In this document: one piece after another, positions 57,168-64,000 of the stretch | Numbering within the stretch: position 1 is the stretch's first letter | How the letters are laid out: every line of letters begins with the position of its first letter | Virus record (IMG/VR): IMGVR_UViG_3300033061_002769 | Location: 1,780 to 65,779 of that record | Length of the DNA: 64,000 bases | Strand: one strand, 5' to 3' | Source: a virus | Lineage: Duplodnaviria > Caudoviricetes | Translations under genes and position numbers: made by a program | The notes under the pieces: model-generated | Database searches by the model: none | Told to the model about the DNA's origin: nothing | The model's input: the letters and a program-made list of their open reading frames with translations, nothing else

Positions 57168-57781
57168 CCGATGGAGTCTCCAGTATTCAGGTGAACCTTA
57201 ATATGAACGTCGGCTCCAGCCGCTCCTTCGTGGCGGAAGATGACAGCGATACGTTTGATACCAACGCTGAAATCTATGGCACAGATGAACCGCTCGGCGT
57301 CGTTCCAGATCACATCGGAACTGTCTTTTTGATTTGTCAGCCCGCGAGCCAGCCAAACAGCTATTGGTGGACCTGTCGGAACTATCTTGTCACAGTCGGC
57401 CCATTCGGAGTCGGCCAGAGTCCCGGTATCTTGGATGTAGAGAATATCTCCAGCGACGAACCCGGTCGTGGATGCGACAACCAATTCTGTTTCCCCAGCA
57501 GGTTCCGTAGCCGTCATCGCTTCGGTGTCGGCAGTAGAAACCTGTGCTGTGAATCGGGCATACTCAACCCAATCTTCATCACCCGCTTCCGCTGCGGAGT
57601 ACTGGACGATAAACGACCCTGGATTAGTATTAGCCGCGGCCTCGACCGAGGCGTGGAACATGGACAGTATCCCAGCCAGCTTCGTAGCGACGTTGATCGC
57701 CGCGCTGAAGACGCTGTTTGGATGGGTCACGGCCTGATGAGCGATGACTACCGTTCCCGCGGTTTGTAAAAGTGATGCCAT
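57164..57781 (-). CDS. Hypothetical beta-rich virion-like protein
   Basis: 205-aa ORF, coupled to its neighbours. Confidence 0.6.
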   Translation of the reverse strand: MASLLQTAGTVVIAHQAVTHPNSVFSAAINVATKLAGILSMFHASVEAAANTNPGSFIVQYSAAEAGDEDWVEYARFTAQVSTADTEAMTATEPAGETELVVASTTGFVAGDILYIQDTGTLADSEWADCDKIVPTGPPIAVWLARGLTNQKDSSDVIWNDAERFICAIDFSVGIKRIAVIFRHEGAAGADVHIKVHLNTGDSIG

Positions 57782-57782
57782 G

Positions 57783-58142
57783 TTACACTCCTATCGTCAA
57801 CCCGTACCACTTGTAGATGCAGGCTATTTCGGCCTTGCACTCGTTGATGAGAATGTCGGCCATTCCTTCCACTACCGCCGCTGAACCACCGCCACTCGAC
57901 ATGGCGCGGATGCTGGTGTGCAACTCGACAATATCACCCGCAACGATGGTTGCTTTCTCGGCTGCCGTGATCTGGCCCGGCCCCGTACCCTCAACCATCG
58001 ACGTGCTTCCCATCCGTCCACAGGTGAGCATGACCGACTTCCAGGTCTTGGCCGCGCTATTCGATCCGCTTGGGCACGGGAAGTGCAGGATCACCCTATA
58101 GTCATCTGAGCCCTGCTGCTCCATGATGTGAATTTTTGCCAT
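57783..58142 (-). CDS. Hypothetical protein
   Basis: 119-aa ORF with strong RBS. Confidence 0.6.
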   Translation of the reverse strand: MAKIHIMEQQGSDDYRVILHFPCPSGSNSAAKTWKSVMLTCGRMGSTSMVEGTGPGQITAAEKATIVAGDIVELHTSIRAMSSGGGSAAVVEGMADILINECKAEIACIYKWYGLTIGV

Positions 58143-58203
58143 TTGTCTCTCCTATTTCTCCGGCATCGGCCGGTTTAGCCAATTTCCATTAACGTCAGTG
58201 GAC

Positions 58204-60159
58204 TCACGTATGGGTAATCCAAGAATTGTCGGGGCTGAAAAACAGTGCGTCAGCCGTAAGCGCCTGACCGATAATACGAATGACAACATCGGTCGTAGTC
58301 GGCTGTATGCTCGTAACGTTACCGGCTGTTTCTGAAACGTATACAGGGGCACCTATTGTCATCGTCGGGAATCGAGCATCCGCCCGCACCTCGCCCCACA
58401 GTAGCATCTTAGTGGCTGATCCGTCTCCCGCCGCCGCCAACACACAGATACCAAGCAGATTGCGAGAGTCACCAGCACCTGCCGCCGCCGCATTGGCATC
58501 TGTCAATTCCCATCGGGAGTCGGCGGTTTGCAAATAACACAGATCGCCAAACACCAATGTAGCTCCGGCTGTTCCTGAGATCACAATCCCGGAGTATTTC
58601 CCGTCGGCTGATAGAGATGAATCCAGCGCTAGGCCCGTGTTCTCGCCGAGATCGAGTTCGGCAGCGAGAGGATTGGCGGAGGACGTTCCACTAGTACCCC
58701 CAGTCCCTCCAGTACCTGCTGTCCCAGAGGTCCCGCTCGTTGAACTAATTCCTGAAGTACCGCTTGTTCCAGTAGTACCCGAACTGCCCGATACGCCCGT
58801 AGTTCCACTTGAGGCACCCGTTGTACCTGATGTCCCCGAAGTTCCAGATACCCCCGATGTGCCACTTGTTCTTGACGCGCCCCCAGTGCCTGACGTACCG
58901 CTACTCGCGCCTGTTGTACCCGAAGTCCCCGCTGTCCCCGAAGTTCCAGATACCCCTGTTGTGCCGCTCGAAGAGGCACTAGTGCCGGATGTACCGGCAG
59001 TACCTGAGGTGCCCGTTGTCCCACTTGAAGATGCCGAGGTCCCGCTGGTCCCCGCCGTCCCACTCGTCCCCGATATACCCGTGGTACCGCTACTCGCTCC
59101 AGTCGTGCCAGAAGTGCCAGCGGTTCCTGAAGTCCCTGAAACACCAGACGTACCACTAGATGCTCCCGTAGTCCCCGAGGTTCCTGCCGTCCCCGAAGTC
59201 CCCGTAGTTCCGCTCGACGCTCCAGTTGTCCCTGATGTTCCCGAAGTACCTGACACACCTGTTGTGCCACTGGAGGCTGCCGATGTGCCCGAGGTACCCG
59301 CAGTTCCGCTGGTCCCACTTGTGCCTGAACTTCCACTTGACCCGGCAATCGAAATACCGGACGTTCCCGACGTGCCCGTAGTACCGCTGGAAGCCCCAGT
59401 AGTGCCAGAAGTTCCGGCAGTCCCGGAGGTTCCTGTTGTCCCACTGGAAGCTCCGGTTGTTCCCGACGTGCCTGCCGTTCCCGACGAACCAGGCACACCG
59501 GGTGCTCCAGAAGCACCACTCACCCCCGAAGTTCCACCTGTCCCGCTTGTCCCCGAGCTTCCACTAGAGCCGGAGATAGATGTACCTGATGTACCCGAGG
59601 TTCCTGTCGTACCGCTGGAAGCCCCCGTAGTTCCGGAAGTGCCGGCCGTGCCTGAGGTACCACTGCTGCCCGACACACCTGATGTACCACTAGAAGAAGC
59701 TGAGGTGCCTGAGGTTCCGCTCGTTCCAGACGCGCCTCCGGTCCCGCTAGTTCCTGAACTTCCGCTGGAGCCGGCAATAGATGTTCCAGACGTTCCCGAT
59801 GTGCCAGTAGTACCACTGCTCGCTCCAGTTGTGCCCGAAGTGCCGGCTGTACCTGAAGTTCCCGATGCACCCGTGGTTCCGCTACTTGCACCTGTTGTAC
59901 CAGATGTCCCGCTAGTTCCCGATATACCAGATGTCCCACTTGAGGCACCAGTTGTGCCTGAGGTCCCGGCTGTGCCTGAGGTCCCAGCTGTTGAAGAAAT
60001 ACCTGAGGTCCCCGCAGTACCACTACTCCCAGGAATAGTAAGCCCACTGGTTCCAGATGAGCCGGAAACACCAGAACTTCCCGAAACGCCCTGCGGCCCA
60101 GCAACGCCTAGTTCAAGAATCACTACCGGCGACTCGTCTATTTCAATTGTCATTGGCAT
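58204..60159 (-). CDS. Collagen-like Gly-X-Y Ser/Thr-rich fibre with a globular C-terminal domain
   Basis: GPQG start, then ~470 aa of [16 protein letters not shown] units; C-terminal ~155-aa beta domain ([20 protein letters not shown]). Confidence 0.85.
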   Translation of the reverse strand: MPMTIEIDESPVVILELGVAGPQGVSGSSGVSGSSGTSGLTIPGSSGTAGTSGISSTAGTSGTAGTSGTTGASSGTSGISGTSGTSGTTGASSGTTGASGTSGTAGTSGTTGASSGTTGTSGTSGTSIAGSSGSSGTSGTGGASGTSGTSGTSASSSGTSGVSGSSGTSGTAGTSGTTGASSGTTGTSGTSGTSISGSSGSSGTSGTGGTSGVSGASGAPGVPGSSGTAGTSGTTGASSGTTGTSGTAGTSGTTGASSGTTGTSGTSGISIAGSSGSSGTSGTSGTAGTSGTSAASSGTTGVSGTSGTSGTTGASSGTTGTSGTAGTSGTTGASSGTSGVSGTSGTAGTSGTTGASSGTTGISGTSGTAGTSGTSASSSGTTGTSGTAGTSGTSASSSGTTGVSGTSGTAGTSGTTGASSGTSGTGGASRTSGTSGVSGTSGTSGTTGASSGTTGVSGSSGTTGTSGTSGISSTSGTSGTAGTGGTGGTSGTSSANPLAAELDLGENTGLALDSSLSADGKYSGIVISGTAGATLVFGDLCYLQTADSRWELTDANAAAAGAGDSRNLLGICVLAAAGDGSATKMLLWGEVRADARFPTMTIGAPVYVSETAGNVTSIQPTTTDVVIRIIGQALTADALFFSPDNSWITHT

Positions 60160-60162
60160 AAA

Positions 60163-60531
60163 CTAAGGAGCAATCCCAAGCTCTAGCGTAGCCTGCCCTC
60201 GTAAGAGAGCATCAATCACGATACCATCCGGTGAAGTCACAATCAGTTCATGAACTGCCACTGTGAAATCCAAAGCCTCCGAAAGCGCGGCAGAAATTGT
60301 AACAACAATATTAGGCGCAATAGCAGCCAAGACAAGACCGCCTCCAGGCAGACTGGTCAATGTCAAAAGAGATGAAGAGTCATGACGATTACGAAACGTC
60401 CAACGTGCGCTGTGGGTACTATAGTTCACAACCACCCCATCAATCCTAACCGTAATCTGACGAGACCAGGTTTTACCCTGGTAGATGGTGAAGTTGTACA
60501 CGCCCGGAATCATGGTTTCTCCTCCCAGCAT
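60163..60531 (-). CDS. BppU-N-like fibre adaptor protein
   Basis: [11 protein letters not shown]...V..STHSAR; upstream of the collagen-like gene. Confidence 0.6.
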   Translation of the reverse strand: MLGGETMIPGVYNFTIYQGKTWSRQITVRIDGVVVNYSTHSARWTFRNRHDSSSLLTLTSLPGGGLVLAAIAPNIVVTISAALSEALDFTVAVHELIVTSPDGIVIDALLRGQATLELGIAP

Positions 60532-60677
60532 CGAGATTGATCTTTTTCCACGCGAGTCATGTCATCTATCTAGATAGATCCAATCGCAGGAAGAAAATTA
60601 CGATAATTACTGCAACGATAATCAAGGCGGCAGTTTCCATCACTTGCCGAGCTTACCTCTGGCTTTGCCATTCATCC

Positions 60678-60905
60678 TTATTTCTCCGGCGGCGGCTCAG
60701 TCGGCGTCCACGGCGAAGGGAATTGCTTCATGTAAAGTTTGACCGCGAACAGAGCGTTAAATACTGCTGTGCCGATGACCGGCTCCCAGAAATCCCAATC
60801 CAAGAGGTAACCTCGGTAGTAACCAGCCACCCCGGTGATCGTCAGCGTGCTCAGACTGCCCAGAGCAGCCGCTACCAGCCCATGAATCCAACGCTTCCAG
60901 GTCAT
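60678..60905 (-). CDS. Holin-like two-helix membrane protein
   Basis: 75 aa, two hydrophobic segments, Pro-rich tail; ATGA overlap. Confidence 0.45.
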   Translation of the reverse strand: MTWKRWIHGLVAAALGSLSTLTITGVAGYYRGYLLDWDFWEPVIGTAVFNALFAVKLYMKQFPSPWTPTEPPPEK

Positions 60906-61096
60906 TTTAGTAATTCTCCGCTGAACAACCGCTTCAGCCCGATTCCGGCGTCGATCCAGAACTTGTCCCAAGCCACTCGGTCGGACATCACCTGATCCGA
61001 GAAGCGTTTCCCCTGCTCAGTCTGGAGCCAGCGGAAATACTCAGCAACTGCTTCTGCCACCGCCCGGATGGTTTCTAAGATAGCTACGGGAGTCAT
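60902..61096 (-). CDS. Hypothetical protein
   Basis: 64-aa ORF coupled to both neighbours. Confidence 0.55.
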   Translation of the reverse strand: MTPVAILETIRAVAEAVAEYFRWLQTEQGKRFSDQVMSDRVAWDKFWIDAGIGLKRLFSGELLK

Positions 61097-61097
61097 G

Positions 61098-61565
61098 TCA
61101 ACCTGCTACAACCTGGTACCACATCCAATTTCCGAATGGTCCGGTTTGAGCAACCAGTTTCACTCGATAGCCCTCAGCGGTCGTTATAATTGATCCGACG
61201 GACATCGTGTCTTTCGGTCCCCGATGGAAACGATCTGTATAACCAGGCATCTTGGGTCCCAAGTCTGCGACGCCGGCCGGAAGCGGCTGGCCGCCGAAAT
61301 CCGGTTCCAGAATATAAACTTCGGCGCGATCATCGCTCAACTCAATCATGACCGGATTTACATCATTTGAACCGACCCGCCAGAACAATGGAGGCAGTGG
61401 TCCGGCGGGCCATCTCTCCCGCTCCAACGGACCATAGTATCGTTCGATTCCAAGTTTCCATGCCTCGCACGCCTGGATATAAAGCGAGTATGCTAGATCA
61501 TTCAAACTCGCCGCATGACGGACACACATCACCCGATAGGATTCAACAGTTTCACGCTCAAACAT
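61098..61565 (-). CDS. Hypothetical protein
   Basis: 155-aa ORF with strong RBS. Confidence 0.6.
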   Translation of the reverse strand: MFERETVESYRVMCVRHAASLNDLAYSLYIQACEAWKLGIERYYGPLERERWPAGPLPPLFWRVGSNDVNPVMIELSDDRAEVYILEPDFGGQPLPAGVADLGPKMPGYTDRFHRGPKDTMSVGSIITTAEGYRVKLVAQTGPFGNWMWYQVVAG

Positions 61566-61778
61566 GTCTCTTCTCCTTAAATTCCTCTTTTAGCCAATCC
61601 GCAAGCGACTGTCCGCTACACTCAGGATGTGCCCGCAATCGTGCCCACATAGCCTCCAGCACCTCCAAGACAGCCTGCTGGTATCCTTCGTCCCTGCCTT
61701 CTGTATAGGTTTGGCTAAAGCCACTCATTGATACAACAGGTGTTACCTGCTCACGCTTTCAGAACTGACTCAATCTCT

Positions 61779-62066
61779 TCAACTCCCCCAAGAGACATAC
61801 AACGTCCCACCGCCTGTGCTCTGGATCACGGAAACCTTCTCACCAGCCGTAAACTGAAAAAGCTCCGGAACTTTGGCGGGCAAAAACATACAAGTGTTAT
61901 CAGCTACCGGCGCCGCTCCGAAGACCACAAAACAATCCACCGTGCTGACCAGCCGTACAGCATCTGCATTGATAGCTACGCTTTCAGCATGCGATGCTCC
62001 GACAGATACTGAAAGGGTGTTTGCCGGCGTGACAGCCGGGTGCATGATACGACGAGTGTAATTCAT
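61779..62066 (-). CDS. Small beta-rich virion-like protein
   Basis: 95 aa, GGAG RBS. Confidence 0.6.
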   Translation of the reverse strand: MNYTRRIMHPAVTPANTLSVSVGASHAESVAINADAVRLVSTVDCFVVFGAAPVADNTCMFLPAKVPELFQFTAGEKVSVIQSTGGGTLYVSWGS

Positions 62067-62097
62067 CTTACTCCTTTGTCCGCTTACTAGAACAGGA

Positions 62098-62541
62098 TCA
62101 CAATCCTGTAGTGGAATCGGTATTCAACGGAGCCGCTTGATTCATACCATCCGTTTTAGCTGCTGGACGTACTCGGTCGGCATCGGCATCCTGCGCCCGT
62201 TTCTCCGCCCATGACAACCCGCCGGCATAGGGAGTCACAGCAGCCAATGCAGCACGCGCCCGAAGCTGGCGGGCCAGCTCCTTATACTGTGAATGACGAT
62301 TAGAGTAGGAGATCGAAAGATCCCCTACACTTTTTGACTGCGCTATCTGAGCAAACTTCCCCAGAATCGCCTCGGCAGCAATAGCCGCAGCAAGCAGAAC
62401 ATTGGTTGGAGACTTTGCGGCTGCATAGAAGATCTCCTCATCGCTTAAGGTCCAAGACTGCGTGGAAACGGTATCGTTGATAAGAAAGCGGATTTCGTCA
62501 AGAGGACTGCTACTTGGATCGCCGGTGTAAGTCCAGCTCAT
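62098..62541 (-). CDS. Head-tail connector/adaptor protein
   Basis: WTYTGDP...EIRFLINDT, LSDEEI and SVGDLSISY. Confidence 0.75.
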   Translation of the reverse strand: MSWTYTGDPSSSPLDEIRFLINDTVSTQSWTLSDEEIFYAAAKSPTNVLLAAAIAAEAILGKFAQIAQSKSVGDLSISYSNRHSQYKELARQLRARAALAAVTPYAGGLSWAEKRAQDADADRVRPAAKTDGMNQAAPLNTDSTTGL

Positions 62542-63086
62542 ATCGATTGCTCCTTATCTTCTTTCTTCTCCTCGGCATCGGTCAACATCTTCCTAAAGAT
62601 TTCGACCGAGATTGCCCCATCCTCGCCTGTGCCTGAGTGTTTCAGATCGATAGGCGCGTCCAGTCCGCGCAGCCGGGATAATCGCTCGGAGATCTTCAGT
62701 GCTACTTGTACTGCCTTCACATCGCCCCGCTTGACCTTGGGCGAGATGTGACTGAGCAGCTTCCGGCAGCGTTCGATCTCCACCTGTCGCGCCCGGGGGA
62801 TTTTCTCTTGGAGCTCGGCATCGAACCGATCCAATAAACGCATGATGATATTGTAGGCGGTAGTATATGAGACACCAAGCTTCCTACCGACATCCAAATA
62901 GCTCAAACCTTCCAACCGGAGATCCAACGCTTTCTGCTCCAGTATCCGAGATCTTAGATACCGGGCTGAACCCGGATTGAATGGACGGTTATCCCTAGTA
63001 CGTTTGGCTGCTCGCTTCACTCTCGCACTGACGGGGGAGCTTGCTTTGCCCACTGATTTCAGCAGTATTTTTCGTTTATCCATCAA
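62538..63086 (-). CDS. terS: Terminase small subunit (HTH)
   Basis: ALDLRLEGLSYLDVGRKLGVS HTH followed by GDVKAV..LKISER..LRGLDAP. Confidence 0.65.
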   Translation of the reverse strand: MMDKRKILLKSVGKASSPVSARVKRAAKRTRDNRPFNPGSARYLRSRILEQKALDLRLEGLSYLDVGRKLGVSYTTAYNIIMRLLDRFDAELQEKIPRARQVEIERCRKLLSHISPKVKRGDVKAVQVALKISERLSRLRGLDAPIDLKHSGTGEDGAISVEIFRKMLTDAEEKKEDKEQSI

Positions 63087-63393
63087 TGAAAACCGTGATC
63101 AAACCGAAAAGGGGCCATGGCAGGCATGCTGCACGGGTTGGTCCAACGGCAACCCCAACGGCCCCTGTTGTGGTAGAACGATCCAGCAGTGGAGGGTCAA
63201 GCTCCGCCATGATCTGACTCCTACCGACACTCATTATTGATTCCGTTGACCCACTCATCGAGAAATTCACTAACAGGAGATACCACTGATTGTTGTTTGC
63301 TCATTGGAAAACTTTTGAAGGAAGGAAAACTCAAATGCGGGGGATGGAGCGATGCCGGATCCCCCGCGCCAAGCTGCATGTCTGGTCGTATTC

Positions 63394-63654
63394 TTAAGCG
63401 GCCAGCCCGCCTGCCGCCAAGGACGTTCCGGACATGTGCGAAATTGTTGTCATCCCTAAATTATACTCCGACGCCCGCCGCAGACCCATAACAGGTCCCC
63501 GCCGCAGACATCTGTCTTCTGTGAAACACTCTTCCATCTGTTCTTGTTCTGCTTCCCAAAGAGTTGGCCCTCGCGCCCAGAACCGGATCTTTACCATTGA
63601 CGCAAAGGCTCCGACCAACAGAAACAGAAGCGCAACCACTGCTACAATCTCCAT
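63394..63654 (-). CDS. Small membrane-anchored hypothetical protein
   Basis: N-terminal hydrophobic helix; AGGAG RBS. Confidence 0.5.
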   Translation of the reverse strand: MEIVAVVALLFLLVGAFASMVKIRFWARGPTLWEAEQEQMEECFTEDRCLRRGPVMGLRRASEYNLGMTTISHMSGTSLAAGGLAA

Positions 63655-64000
63655 CTGTTTGCCTTCTCCTTTCCTGACTGCCGTACAACTATGCCGAGAT
63701 TATACTGAATTCGTTTCATGAATTCTAACATTTTTCCTGCCAGTCTTTACCGCTCGGGCGTGGAAAAGAAGAGTTTTCGCCAGACGTCGGGCCTAGCAAG
63801 GAGAAAAAATAATACGACAAGTACCAGTCCGATCAGAATCAATGCTAATGACCACTCTGTTTATTCCTCACGACTTTCAGATGACCATCAATCTTGTCCA
63901 CCATCTTATTTCCGCCGCGGTACTGCTAACAGAAAAAGCACCAAACCCCAACCAACTACAAAAACAACCTGATCAACAAATGCCGGACTCATACCACCTC

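Noticed and set aside
58637-60166. 509-aa + strand ORF ([11 protein letters not shown]...) and alternative-frame ORFs 58629-59519 and 59520-60104
   Set aside because: Shadow frames of the Gly-Ser-Thr repeat; antisense to an operon-embedded gene that has a globular C-terminal domain
1-64000. Genome-wide TAG reassignment
   Set aside because: TAG ends several well-bounded genes (stops at 13775, 15216, 21903, 22212, 25014), other genes are not fragmented, and no CUA tRNA is seen
63076-64000. Short ORFs and possible promoter or packaging site at the right end
   Set aside because: No convincing RBS, motif or repeat support beyond 63394-63654; cannot be called from the sequence alone

Overview
This is a 64 kb segment of a tailed dsDNA phage or prophage, siphovirus-like. 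No integrase, primase/polymerase or recognisable endolysin is visible, so it is probably a partial genome. A short + strand block (43-5958) holds DNA modification and replication genes: a DpdA-like transglycosylase, folE broken by one in-frame TAG, an SF2 helicase-DNA methylase fusion and a beta-clamp-like protein. Everything from about 63.6 kb down to 6.17 kb is one tightly coupled - strand run. In order it contains TerS, neck, a Ser/Thr collagen-like fibre, a 1639-aa glycosylation mega-enzyme, tail genes, TerL, portal, MuF, multi-domain head proteins, scaffold, a tRNA-Ile(UAU), capsid, an ADP-ribosyltransferase, glycosyl/methyltransferase genes and a complete NDP-heptose pathway. Two candidate systems stand out. 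(1) A self-contained virion protein O-heptosylation/glycosylation system: a GmhB-transaldolase fusion, GmhA, HddA and HddC as donor supply, an Aah/TibC-type heptosyltransferase, and a ~470-residue Gly-X-Y Ser/Thr fibre as likely acceptor. (2) A capsid-loaded effector arsenal: a 2H phosphoesterase, an atypical kinase, a nuclease-like domain and an ART. These are linked to the prohead protease and carry shared short tags, including an exact protein-level copy of the major capsid N-terminal motif GDVHVNRPL. A ~125-bp intergenic element occurs three times. All family assignments come from motif recognition by eye, not database searches. The host is unknown.
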